NCBI GenBank assembly: GCA_010405405.1
Contig: MU004233.1
Coordinates: forward strand, 2,210,539-2,274,538
Direction of reading: 5' to 3'
Length of the DNA: 64,000 bases
DNA from: Microthyrium microscopicum
Taxonomy: Eukaryota
A program made the translations under genes and the position numbers. Below, piece by piece: positions 1 to 12,075 of the stretch. How positions within the stretch are numbered: position 1 is the first letter of the stretch; each line of letters starts with the position of its first letter. A model generated the notes under the pieces. It had not been told where the DNA came from and ran no database searches. It saw nothing but the letters and a program-made list of their open reading frames with translations.

Positions 1-1111
1 AACTTATATGCGACCACCTTACTTCTCTACAAATGCTTTAGTTCTTTCTACTCTTGGTGGTCTTGGATATAAGGTTATCCAGGCCGATGTCGACACATTG
101 GATTGGGAATATGGTACGATATCCCCCAGCACACATAACTCTGACTATGGCTTCAGAAGTAGCAAAAACTCTGGTAATTCCCATCGCACTTCATGGCTAC
201 TATAAAGTGCGATGAGACTTCCACAACAAAAGCTAATACTATTTTCAAAACACTCGTTCAACATGTGAAGTACAAAGTCACTCTTTGGCCATGTTTTGTT
301 AACGAATTACAGGTCCCGAGGGTCAAATTGCGACCTCCGAGCAAATCTTTCAATCTGGTTTGGATTCTGGCGCAACTATCAACCTCTCTCACGATCCTCT
401 TCCCAACACTATCAGCGATCTCGTCCCATATATGATCAATGCTATCAAGGCCAAGGGTCTACGAGGTAAGTCGTTTGGCTACTTCCAATTCGAACTTTGA
501 AGCTAATGTGACTTAGGCGTCACTGTGGGCGAGTGCCTTGGCGACGCTGCTGGCAATTGGTACAAGACCACCAGCGGCGGCGGAGGAACCACACCTCCTC
601 CAAGCGGTGGTGCAACTTCTCCTGATGGAACATGCGGCGGTGCGAACGCTTACGTCTGCCCAAGCGGATTGTGCTGTTCCCAATATGGTTATTGTGATAC
701 GTAAGACCACCCCAGCGATGCGTTGGTTTCATTCCCAAGCTATGCTTTTCTTGAGCATTACTCTTTACTTTCAAGTACTATCTTACTAGGTCATGGCTGA
801 CATTTATTTGTATAGTGGAGCAGACTATTGCGGCACAGGATGCCAGTCAACATTTGGTACCTGTACGGGCTCTGGAGGAAGCACTCCACCACCTTCCGGC
901 GGCGGAACAAGTCCCGATGGTACATGCGGCGGTTCGGCCGGCTACTCGTGTCCCTCAGGTCTATGCTGCTCTCAATATGGATATTGCGACTCGTACGTCA
1001 AGCGTTTTCATCTTTGCGACCATTATCGAGTAGACGGTTGCTAACTTTTCATCTAGTGGTGCGGACTATTGTGGAACTGGATGCCAACCCACATTCGGTC
1101 AATGCTCTTAG
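1..1111 (+). CDS. Chitin deacetylase / polysaccharide deacetylase (CE4) with two C-terminal CBM18 (hevein) chitin-binding modules; 5' end lies outside the window
   Basis: Spliced exons <1-113, 313-465, 517-700, 816-992, 1057-1111. Translation gives YMRPPY...DTLDW, LSHD and VTVGECLGD (CE4 motifs), then two SPDGTCGG...CCSQYGYC...YCGTGCQ..FG.C repeats. GT-AG introns. Confidence 0.9.
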
Positions 1112-1757
1112 TAGGATTAACAAAAATAGGCAGACGGTGTTTTGATTCGATCCCTCATAATTTAATTTCTAGATTTGGGCGTTAAGCTTTCGAGCTTTTT
1201 AGCATAATACTCCTGGCGATTCAAGTCTATGGACTGGACGCCTTCAATTCCACATCAGCTTTTCTAGCTGTCTTTCCAAATTTGTTGTCATTCGTCAATC
1301 TTTTTGTTCCTCTTTTGACAATAGAACTTGGTCCATCAGGCTCCAATTCTTGGATTCTGTATAGTTGTGTGTTCCACACAAACTTGATGCGCAAATCTAA
1401 GAACGACTTGCTTCATTCTCAGTCCCGATTATTCGCTCAGTATGATGTATTCATATTAATCTCATTCAACATCAAAGCTGCCCAATTTTTTCTCATTCCA
1501 CCATCCTCCAGCCTTGAATACTGAGCTTGTGAGCTCATGCCGTAAACTCAACTGGATTCTACACAAGGCTGAGCGCCTTGAAGCCTAAGAATTGAGGGTT
1601 GTGATTGGCTGGAGCTAGCCAATCAGGTCCAAGCTCTTTTTACAGGCGGACGGACTTTGTGTGAATCGCACCCTAAAAGGCAACGTTGCTTGTTTCCATC
1701 GTCATCTTCTTTTCAACATTGCTCTTGGGGTTTCTGGAGCATTCAAAGTCTTTCATC

Positions 1758-3284
1758 ATGATTCAAGGCCTTCTCCAAGTAAGTCTACTCGAGGCGCTCA
1801 GCATCCATAGCAAAGCTAACAGCTCTAGGCGCTTACGCGCTTTCTGGACAACCCGGCTATACCATGGAAACGTCTTATAATCAGCTTCTCGGTCGGACAG
1901 TTTGTCTTTGAGAATTGGCTGTTGTTGCGCCAGTATGGTGTCTACAGCCGGAATACTGTGCCCAAGACTCTAACCAAGGAGGTGGACCAAAAGACTTTTG
2001 ACAAGTCTCAGGTTAGTCGCAATAGCATAACAAGCAAGTGAGCTCTTACTGACACAGACATGTATAGGAATACGGTCGTGCCAAAGCCAAGTTCCAATTC
2101 TTTAGCTCCCTCTTCAGTCAAATCAAGAACATCGCCGAAATACAGTACAATGCCTACGCTTATATCTGGACCCTGGTTGGGGGCTTTATGCTCCACCGAG
2201 CTCCAGAACGGTTCTCCGGTGAAATAACGCAGTCGCTCCTATTCTTCATTCTCTTCAGCTTCGCAAATACAATTATAGATATGCCGCTATCATACTATCA
2301 CCATTTCGTTATGGAAGAGAAGTTTGGATTCAATAAGATGACTAAGAAAACCTGGATCATGGATAAAGTCAAAGGACAGTTACTTGGAATTGCTCTCGGT
2401 GTTCCAATTGGTTCCGGTGTTCTCTCCATCATCAAATACTCTGGCGACTCATTTTTCTACTACGTCTGGATGTTCATGGTCGGCGTTCAACTCATCGGAG
2501 TCACTGTGTACCCAATTCTAATCGTACCTATCTTCAACAAACTCACACCACTTGAAGCTGGATCTCTTAAGACAGGGATTGATAATCTGGCCGCAAGACT
2601 GAAGTTCCCTCTTACCGAGTTGCAAGTCATAGACGGTAGCAAGCGCTCATCTCACAGCAATGCCTATTTTACTGGTCTGCCATGGAAGAAGACCATTGTG
2701 CTATACGATACCCTTATTGAACAACAGTCGGAAGAGCAAGTCGTTGCTGTTCTCGCCCACGAACTTGGACATTGGCACATGAGTCATACTACAAAACTCC
2801 TAGCTATCAACAGCGGCCATCTGTTCTTCATCTTTGCCATGTTCTCTGCTTTCGTCCACAACAAGCAATTATTCTCTGAGTTTGGCTTCGTCAAGGAGCA
2901 ACCAATTCTCATTGGATTCTTCCTATTTTCAGAGGTCCTGAACCCAAGTGAATGTCTTATGCAACTTTTCATGAACATCATGACTCGTTCATTTGAATAC
3001 CAAGCTGGTGATTCTAAATCATACTCGTGATTATATACATGTCTAATGTGTCTGCAGATGCCTTTGCCCAGAAACTCGGCTACAAGGTTGAACTGGCACA
3101 GGCCTTGATCAAGCTACAGATCAAGAACTTGTCTTCCATGGACGCCGATTACTTCTATTCCAGCTACCATCATTCACACCCCATCCTTCCGGAACGTCTA
3201 CGGGCTCTTGGTTGGGATGGAAGCGAAAAGGTACCAGAAGCTCCGGAAAAGAAGGATGAGAGCGAGAAAGCTGTCAAGGCCTGA
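1758..3284 (+). CDS. STE24: CAAX prenyl protease 1 (M48 zinc metalloprotease), multi-exon
   Basis: DGSKRSSHSNAYFTG, HELGH zinc motif, FEYQAD, YHHSHPILPERL. ATG at 1758 is followed by a gtaagt intron; further introns near 2012-2068 and 3008-3057. Confidence 0.95.
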
Positions 3285-3451
3285 TCGCGAGGTTCAACGT
3301 TGACCATCGACAACTGTAAATGTATCAATAGCGAGTCCTGGGGTAATGCAAAAGCTCATCATACCTTTGCTTTGACGGTTGGGCGTTGAGTTCGGTGCTG
3401 GAGTTTTGGTCCCAAGGAGGAATCTTGATAAATCTTCATAGCATGTAGCTT

Positions 3452-4366
3452 TCAATCAGAATCAGAGTCGTCCTCCGACTCCTCCGAGCTACTTGAATCG
3501 GCCTCACTGACAGGAGCGTTCTCCTCAGCCGTCTGCTCAACTAATTTGTCATACCCTCCATCCTCCGACGATTCATCCGAGTCCTCGTCCAAGCCATTCT
3601 TCCCCACACTTGTCCCATCCACATCCATCTCATCCACGCTCCCACCATCCAACCCCTTCTTCATATCAACTTCAATATTCATCCCATCCTGATTCTCCTC
3701 TCCCTGCCAGCCTACCGGCACATCCACCCCCGGCATCGTCTTACTCGGCACCATACTCCCTAGTCTCGACCTTACCACCAAATCCACCGTCTCCTTCGTG
3801 TGCTGCTGTCCAAACACATAATCCCCCATTCTCTTGACCTTCTTCGCTTTCCGTTCCTCCTCTTCTTTCCTATTCCGCTCCACCGCTTCCGCCACATCAC
3901 TCTCATCCAGTCCCTCTGGATTCGTCCACTTCTCAAGAACCTTCAAATACCCCATTTTCGCGCCCCCACTTCTCCCCGCCTTGCCGAAATCCAGTCCCCA
4001 TTTTGTGAATTTTGCGTCGGGATGTAGATATGCCTTGTCCTGGCTTTGCGCTACATAGCCGCTGATGAACTGGAAGACTTCATCGTCATTTGCATCGCGT
4101 TCTTTTTGGGCGAGCGTGAGGAAAGGTTCGGAATAGGCAGTCGTTCGGAAACGACGCGCTTGGGCGTAGATTTTTGAAACGATGGCTGCTTCTTTAGCAT
4201 TGCTTTGTGTTGGGTTCAGCGGCGGTTTTGTGGTTGCGGTGGTAGTGGTGGTGGTCTCTGGGGCATCTTCGCCGGAGAGGATTAGGGGGACGCCGCTGAA
4301 ATCGCGAAGGATATTTGGACCTTTGGATTTTGTGTTTCGGGCGTCGTTGTAGCGTGCGCTATTCAT
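3452..4366 (-). CDS. Hypothetical protein with acidic low-complexity C-terminus
   Basis: 304-aa ATG-initiated ORF with natural composition; no family recognised. Confidence 0.7.
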   Translation of the reverse strand: MNSARYNDARNTKSKGPNILRDFSGVPLILSGEDAPETTTTTTATTKPPLNPTQSNAKEAAIVSKIYAQARRFRTTAYSEPFLTLAQKERDANDDEVFQFISGYVAQSQDKAYLHPDAKFTKWGLDFGKAGRSGGAKMGYLKVLEKWTNPEGLDESDVAEAVERNRKEEEERKAKKVKRMGDYVFGQQHTKETVDLVVRSRLGSMVPSKTMPGVDVPVGWQGEENQDGMNIEVDMKKGLDGGSVDEMDVDGTSVGKNGLDEDSDESSEDGGYDKLVEQTAEENAPVSEADSSSSEESEDDSDSD

Positions 4367-5385
4367 GATTGCAAATATACTGGGTGTTTATTGCAGATTG
4401 TTGGTGACCATGTAGATTTTGGTGGGATAACTTTTTTTTGGGAGATGGAAATTCTGCGCACGGGCCAGGGGTGGTTTTGATACCTCGAAGTTGACCCTTT
4501 GCATCTGTTCAATGACCGTACAAAGCTTCCACATTGCGCCAACATGATACATACACGACTATTACGAGCCTCAATACCGAAAGGCATAATCCAGCAATTC
4601 CGTCAAAATGCGCTGAATGATCTGCAGATCTCTGCTACTCCGTAAGCCACGAGTCCAAAGAGCCAGAGGCTATTCTAATAACGCAGATGCTATACACGTC
4701 AATTCTCCCTCCTGCAACCTAAACGGCCTCAAATCACATCAATAACGACGAACATCGAATCGCCGCTATCTACAAACCCATCGATTGCACCGGTCTCCTC
4801 AAATCCGGCACTCCTAGCTCTGCAAGTGCGCAATCATCGGCGAGCGACCTTCAAACCGAGTCACTATACGCGGAAAAGACGACATGGCTTTTTATCACGG
4901 TTAAGAACGAGAGCAGGACGCAAAATACTGGCACTTCGGCGAGCGAAAGGATGCAGATTCCTAAGTCACTAGATGGAGACGCGTGTAATGAATAGAGCAC
5001 GGAGCTAGATTTGGACAAATGTGGGATTATTGTACAAGTATCCCAAAAATGTGTATGTCCTTGAACTATCAAAACGGTCTATCACATGTATATCACAAGC
5101 CAAGGGTCAAAAGTCAGCAGCGTCTGTCTTGGATCTTCTGCCTTTTAGCATTAATGGGCGAGGAATCTTCATTTTCTGATATATATGTTAGACAATGTAT
5201 ACCCGTGTAACAGTACTGCTTACCCTTCGTCGTTCCTTTCCAGAGTCGGTATTTCAACCAGACCCATTGGGCTACTTCCTCGTGTAAACACTGAGTGAAG
5301 CATCACCCATTTTAAGGATATGTAGTAGTGTGTTGTTGTGAGTGGCCATTCTCAAGGACTTTGAGATGGCGACCTGCATCTGTGA

Positions 5386-6024
5386 TCAATCGTCGTCGCT
5401 CTCGTCCATTTCCATATCTGCTTCATCTTCTTCCTCCTCCTCTTCTTCCATTGGGGCATCCGCCTCTTCCTCCTCGTCTCGAGCGCGCTTTGTGCCTGTT
5501 GAAGCAGCGGCAGGTGGCGCTCCACCAAACACGGACTGTTGAAGCGCAGTTCCCTTTTCGCCGGCTACAGGTTCCGTGGCGACTGATTTTCCAGTGTCCA
5601 TGACGGGTATCTTGAAAGTGCCGTCGAGCTTTGAGATGAACTCGGACTTGCCCTTAGCATACTGGATTCTCTGCGCTACATTAGCATTATGTACTAGCAG
5701 GCCATCATTTCTAACTACCATAGGTCTGCCCAAGAACTCAAAGTCATCTAATTGTCTGAGCACCTGGATTGCAGTTTGAATGTCGCGGAAGGTAATATGC
5801 GCCTGGCCGCGCATCTTTGAGGTCTTGAGGGCAACGATATCGAGAACTGGGCCATAGGTGGAGAAAAGGACGTATAGTTGGCGTCGTAAATCGTCTTTCT
5901 TTATCTTCTCGTTTAGGTTGGAGATGTAGAGTCTGACAGGTAAATATTCATGTAGCTTCAAGTGTGACTATGGGACGTACGTTTGGTTTGGCGTTCCGCC
6001 GGATTTCTGTGCCTTGGAGGCCAT
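5386..6024 (-). CDS. U2 snRNP B'' / U1A-family RRM protein
   Basis: MASKAQKSGGTPNQT|LYISNLNEKIKKDDLRRQLYVLFSTYGPVLDIVALKTSKMRGQAH...RIQYAKGKS; two short introns; acidic tail. Confidence 0.88.
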
Positions 6025-6268
6025 GTTTCAGTATAGAGATGTTACTAGAGCGAACGTATCTTGCGAGGACTTATATTATGGTGGGATGAGAGACAGAGAG
6101 GGATGTGGTGATGTTTTCAGTGGTGGTGGGAAGCATGGACAAATTTCAGCAAGGTTGAGGTTTGGTCTGCATCTTCAACCTCTCAACTTCAACACCGACA
6201 ATCTTCAACACATCTCCACTCTCCCTCCTCAATTGCGCCCGCAATACCGGCTCTGAGCAGCCTTAAAT

Positions 6269-7690
6269 ATGCGCAATACATTGGCCTCGTCGCCGGCGAG
6301 GCTAATATCACAATCTCGACCCGCCATCCGCTCTCAGTCTGTCACAATACCCCTCAGAATAGCTCAACGTCGGCAGGCGTCAACTGCTGCAAATCTACCC
6401 TCAAACCGCATTCGCAACTTCATATATGGCTCAACGCTCCTTGTTGTTGCCTCTACGGGCTACGTCTACATCACAGATACCCGGGCGTCAATTCACCGAT
6501 ACATCATACCCCCTCTAGCGCGCGCAATTTGGCCAGACGCGGAAGATGCACATCACGCAACAATAAAACTACTCAAAGAGCTCTATGCTCTTGGCGCAAA
6601 CCCTCGCGAGCGAGGCATACCATCTGGATCCTCTAGTTCTCTGGTAGAGATATTTGGTGAACCGTTAGCCAATCGAATAGGCATATCTGGAGGTCTGGAC
6701 AAGAACGCCGAGGTTCCTGATGCGCTCTTTGCTCTGGGTCCTAGCATTGTCGAAGTGGGTGGTGTCACTCCACATCCCCAGGGCGGCAATCCTAGACCTC
6801 GTGTATTCCGAATCCCGGGTGAGCAGGCCATCATAAATCGCTATGGATTGAATTCGGACGGCGCTGAAGTGGTGGCCATGAGGCTCAGACAACGAGTTCG
6901 TGAATTTGCATACGCACACGGACTTGGTATCGACGAAGAGGCAGAACAATATGTATTGAATGGGGGAGCCAATGTACCTCCAGGGTCACTTTCAAAGGGC
7001 AGGCTGCTGGCGGTACAAATTGCCAAAAATAAGATCACTCCTGACGACAACCTGGAGGCTGTTGTAAATGATCATGTGTACTGTGTGGAACAGCTTGGAA
7101 AATACGCAGACATTCTAGTCGTCAATGTCTCGTCGCCAAACACACCCGGTCTTCGAGCACTTCAGTCAAAAGACCCTCTCACGAAGATCTTATCTGCGAC
7201 TGTCAAGGCAGCCAAATCAGTTCCACGAAAAAACAAACCCGCCGTTATGGTCAAAGTTTCTCCCGACGAGGACTCTAAAGAGCAAATACGCGGCATCTGT
7301 GACGCCGTATGGATCAGTGGTGTGGATGGTGTCATTGTCGGCAACACAACCATGCTACGACCAGAACCCTTGCTTCATGGTATCGGCATACCGGCCAACG
7401 AGGCAGTAATACTACGCGAACAAGGAGGCTTCAGTGGACCACACTTATTTGAGCGAACGATACATCTCATCAAAACCTACAAGAGCATACTCGAACTAGG
7501 CCCACCAGAAGGAGTCAAGGGCGAAGGTCTCCAACAAAAAGTTATCTTTGCATCTGGGGGCATAACGAATGGGCAACAAGCTCTAGAGGCAGTCAAAGCG
7601 GGAGCAAGCATTGCAATGGTCTACACTGCTCTTACTTACGGTGGTGTAGGCACGATCTCGAGAATAAAAGGGGAGATGGAGTCTAGTTGA
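6269..7690 (+). CDS. URA9: Dihydroorotate dehydrogenase (quinone), class 2, mitochondrial
   Basis: Arg-rich presequence plus TM segment, GGLDKNAE, QGGNPRPRVFR, INRYGLNS, VNVSSPNTPGLR, VKVSPD, GNTT, GGFSG, ASGGI. Confidence 0.95.
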   Translation: MRNTLASSPARLISQSRPAIRSQSVTIPLRIAQRRQASTAANLPSNRIRNFIYGSTLLVVASTGYVYITDTRASIHRYIIPPLARAIWPDAEDAHHATIKLLKELYALGANPRERGIPSGSSSSLVEIFGEPLANRIGISGGLDKNAEVPDALFALGPSIVEVGGVTPHPQGGNPRPRVFRIPGEQAIINRYGLNSDGAEVVAMRLRQRVREFAYAHGLGIDEEAEQYVLNGGANVPPGSLSKGRLLAVQIAKNKITPDDNLEAVVNDHVYCVEQLGKYADILVVNVSSPNTPGLRALQSKDPLTKILSATVKAAKSVPRKNKPAVMVKVSPDEDSKEQIRGICDAVWISGVDGVIVGNTTMLRPEPLLHGIGIPANEAVILREQGGFSGPHLFERTIHLIKTYKSILELGPPEGVKGEGLQQKVIFASGGITNGQQALEAVKAGASIAMVYTALTYGGVGTISRIKGEMESS

Positions 7691-8346
7691 GAGACCTCTC
7701 TTCACTTTGTACAAATCACTCATGTTTATAGATACGGTAGAATTGCAACCCCTGTATGTGTAGTTGAACAACTCCCATCACGTAGCAGAAGAAACCACTG
7801 ATTACGGTCCCCTTCCAGAATCTCGAAGTCCGACATGAAACCAGTCCATGCACCTCTTTAACCGCACCTTTGAGCTACAGCTGGATCTACATCTAGAACA
7901 ACACCGGTATCTGCATCTCGATCATGAGCATCATGTCAATCACAAGCTGAGCCACACAAACCAACTGATTAAGCTGGGCTATAAATTCGGAGAAGTGATT
8001 TCATCAACTTTGCCACCCTACTCTCTTCTTCATAATGTTCAAACCGGACGGGTGGTCTATGATATCAGAGCCGAAATGTATGGGACCAAATAGAAGTTAG
8101 CACTACTTGTCTCCCAGCTTTATCATGTTCTCATATTTCACCTCAGAACATAGTTTGGTAAGAACACGTTTCGAACCAAAATGTACCGGTATGTTTCTAC
8201 CACGAATCATCTCAACCGTACTTAAGGTATAAAACCCCCACAGCGTTCTAGCGACATGTCAAAAACCAAGTTTCCAACACTTCCGTGACTGAAGCCCATC
8301 ACACTCTAAAATTCAGGACAAGATCTCCAACTACATATCAGCCGAA

Positions 8347-9658
8347 ATGGCCATTCTAGCTTTCATCCCACTATTTTTATTTACGATCGCCAGTTGCCTC
8401 GAACATGGTGATAGTGGCCATGGCCCTGGTGAGACTCCCTCTTGTCAATTTTCGCATTTGATGAGATCAGAAACAACTTCGTGGTTCCCATGGAACTTTT
8501 TTCTGATCGAATGCCATGGCTCCCATCACACTCGATGGCTTCCATAACCAAGTTACTTTGTAATCTTATGCTAACAGTTTCAGGTCCCTTCACACCGGGT
8601 GATCATCGATTGACCCCTTCCCCAACGACCTTTCAAACGCTGACTCACTCTGTTTCGACGGAAAGCACTACGAGCACAATGTCCGCCACCACCACGGTTA
8701 AACCTTGGGTAAGATTCACTCGTGCCAACACATTCCTGGACAACATTCGATGTAACTAAAACCATCACATCTCCCATCGCACTCGATGGTTTTCATAGAA
8801 TGCCTTTCTTATTGAGTGCTATGGATGCCATCGAATGCGACGGGCATTTTATGGTTTTACTCCGAAAAGACTCGATAGCCTTATCAGCTAGATTTTTCGA
8901 CAACATCCACTTGTAACAAGAACGTCATATCTGCCATCGCATTAGATGGCCCCTATGAAAGGTGTTCTTGATCGAGTGCGGTGGTTGTCATCAAATGCAA
9001 TCGATATCTCACTGTTCTACGCTGAAGTGACAAAGTCGTCTTTTCAGAGCATATTAGCTCTGAGCGTACTCCAGAGTAACCTTGAACTAACAAATCCTAG
9101 GCAATCTGGCCCGTTGCAAGCCTTGCAGGCCTTGCAGGCATGCTCAATCACCCATATCATCATTACAGCCCAGCGCATCAAGGAGTCAAAGTACCAATCA
9201 ATGCAAATTATCCCGCGAACAGTGATGGCCTAGTATCGAAGCCAACTTCGACAATGACAGCAACAACAACTCGCCGCAAGTTCGTGACTCGCGGCATTGA
9301 TATCAGAAGTCCTGTAGGGACCCCAACGCCTCCTGGTCCTACTACTTGGCCAGGCATGCCCCAGGAAACATCCAGACCTTCATTTACCAAATTGCCTAAC
9401 CTAGTAGGCTGGATAACCGTCCTTACTCCTAGACCATCTGAAACGTCAAAGACGGAGACTGCTTCAACGACCACGACTCTTCCTTCGCTCGCAACACAGG
9501 TTCAGGAATTGGAGACGGAGACTGCTACATCGTCCTCGGCTCTTCCTACCACGTCAACAGAGCCATTGATGTCATGGAAACCAAACGTCATGGGGCCATC
9601 ACCTAAGAAGGGTTGGAAGTGGTGTGGTGATCATATTTGTGGAGTCAACACTTTTTGA
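8347..9658 (+). CDS. Putative secreted Ser/Thr/Pro-rich protein (254 aa) with a short C-terminal W/C motif
   Basis: Exons 8347-8428, 8584-8708, 9101-9658 splice in frame (765 nt). Hydrophobic N-terminus MAILAFIPLFLFTIASC. Both introns have GT donors, CTAAC branch sites and AG acceptors. TATA-like tataaaa near 8228. Confidence 0.72.
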
Positions 9659-10307
9659 TCAATATCATAGACCCATAAGGTGAGTTGAATGATGTTTCCA
9701 TCCTCGCAATCAAAAGACAATGAAAATGGCGCGCTCCCATCAAGTACGGTGTCTCCCATCGCACTCTATACTGAGAGAATGCTGAACTTCCCACCGCATT
9801 CGCTGGAGAGTTAACGATTCTACACATCTAGAGGGAACTGAAGCACTTGGGTCTAAAGCGTAGTAGATGGTAGCCACCGCACTTGATGGAGTGCGCCCAG
9901 TCGTGTTGTACATGTACATTATACACTTTTGTTCATCGATTTCGGGCTGTCTACATGTCAACTTTGATCACTAATGCTTCCAGGGTAGCTGACTCCGATA
10001 TTTCCTTGTTTTGGTAGTGTGTAATACAATTTTCTCTCTCTTTAATACTATAGCTCTTGAAAGGTTTTAAGTCTGAGAGCCGTCTCTTAAAGATCACTTT
10101 GAGCGTTGATTCCGTAAGGAGTAATTCTAGGTATGGACTGCTTCGAGACACTGTACAATCCAAGGAAAACAATCTGCTCGTGAGGACAGGCTCTGGGTAC
10201 AGTAGATGGTGGCCTTACTTCTCCATTTTGACCACTTATTGGCTTACGCCTCAAGCAAATTTCTGGAGAGAAGTCACAGACCATCCGTAACCGTTGTTGA
10301 GACTATC

Positions 10308-11652
10308 CTAGACATGGTCTTCCAATTTTGTGATAGCCTGTTGAACCAAGCCCACCTGCTGGCGCGTAGTTATCGTCACCTCTCCATAAGGATAACTCGA
10401 ACTATGATCTGGATCCCACAATTTGATGCGAGCAACAATCTCACAGCACGGACATGCCACAACAGTGGGACCATAGTTTATCGGTGCATCGTATCCTCGG
10501 AATACCATGTCCGCCTGACTCTTCAATCCAGCTCCCAACGTTCCCCATTTCGTGCTCAGATGCTGACAGATTCGCCAATCTAGTTCTCGTACTGCTGTTC
10601 CTATTTTTGCCCGGAAGTCATCCGGGTCAAAGACCACTCCCACAGGCGCATTGCCATGAATAGGGAGAGGAAAGACGAGTTGAACGGCACTATGAAGAAC
10701 GAGCCCGCCTGTAGGGATTCGATATGGGACGATGTTGTACTCGATGTTGAATGAAATTGAGCTTTCAAACATTTTGGGTCGAGGCTCTGATTTTCCATGG
10801 CTTTTGTAAGGCCGTATGAGAGAGATTCTAGCCGGCAGGGCAGAAACGAGACGCTTGACCATGCGATGACGAAGTGGGAGTCGACCACTGGAGGCGGCAG
10901 GAGTACTGCCTCCAGCGCTCTCTATAGAGCGTGTCTGCTCTTTGTTGGCTTTGGCATGGGTCTTTTGCGGATCCAAGATGAATTCTGTTCCTGGTTCCTG
11001 AGCGGGTGTGAATGCAGTCAGTTTTCTATGCTGAGTTAGAGCGCAATTCGAATGAGTTTAGGAGGAACTTGATAGAACCACGGATGGCTAGGACTAACAG
11101 GTTGCTATCTCTCTCACAGCATCTCAGTAGACCTGGACAAATCGCATTCTGATATCCGACGAGATTGAGATATTGATAAGGAAGCTGAGAGAATCTGCCT
11201 CCAATATCAATCCTGTCTTTAGGATTCGAGCCTGCACCAGCAAGTCCTAAATGGCCGACGCGATGGAGAATCTTGCACTCATGGCAATAGCGAAAGTCCG
11301 GCCAAAAGGTCTTTTCCAGGTTTTGGTATAGCTTAAGTCGATTTGCATTGAAAAGCCCCTCTGCGCCTGGCCTTTGTGGTGGTAGTACTGTAGGCACACC
11401 AACGGCGGCATAGATGTCTGGATGACTGAGCGCAAAAAGAGTGTGCCAAATAGGCGAATTTGTTTCTGAAGCTATCATACTCAGAATCTCGACTGGCAGC
11501 GATAGAATTCCAGCTCCTTTGTTAGATGTAGGAGATATATTCATGACTTCTTGCTTGAGTTCTTCCCAGTTGGATGACTGAAGATATGGCGGCGCATGGA
11601 GTTGGCATGCATGCCCTCCCCAATAACATGGGAAAACAAAGTTGTGCTCCAT
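10308..11652 (-). CDS. F-box-like protein (paralog A)
   Basis: ILSLPVEILSMIA F-box-like motif and CxxC..H. An intron 11098-11026 (gttagt...ctaac...tag) joins ORF 11026-11652 in frame to ORF 10308-10976. Confidence 0.7.
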
Positions 11653-12075
11653 GACCAGTTGTTGTCTTCAAAGAGAAGCAGATGATAATGTCTTGAAAAT
11701 ATCTTTGACAAGAGAGATGATGAGAGAAGAAATGGATGAAAGGGAGTTGGAGGTTGTCGTCCAGGATTGACTGGTGATCCAATAGAAATCCATACCTGAT
11801 GCGCCACTCTCTATGCCTGGGCTCCCTTATACGAAGTGATTTGCTAGAAATAGGATGAGTCGAACGCTGAATTGTGTTTGTTGGCCAAACTGGGTATCTG
11901 TTCTGTGTTTTGCAAAGACCAAGTACACGAGAGTACTTCTTGACGTAAAAGCGAGTTATTTGGAGGGTACTTCTATTGACCAGAGAGTTTGTTAGACCAC
12001 CTTAGATAGAGTAAACTTTAGTACAGAATCACATTCTATCCAGTAATTACTAGTAATATCAAGATAGACCATTTG

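Noticed and set aside
4777..4793. ccatcgattgcaccgg as another motif copy
   Set aside because: Too degenerate and isolated to count without a PWM scan.
8295..9889. Repeat cluster as a CRISPR-like array
   Set aside because: Eukaryotic context, mixed orientations, irregular spacing, degenerate copies and no cas genes.
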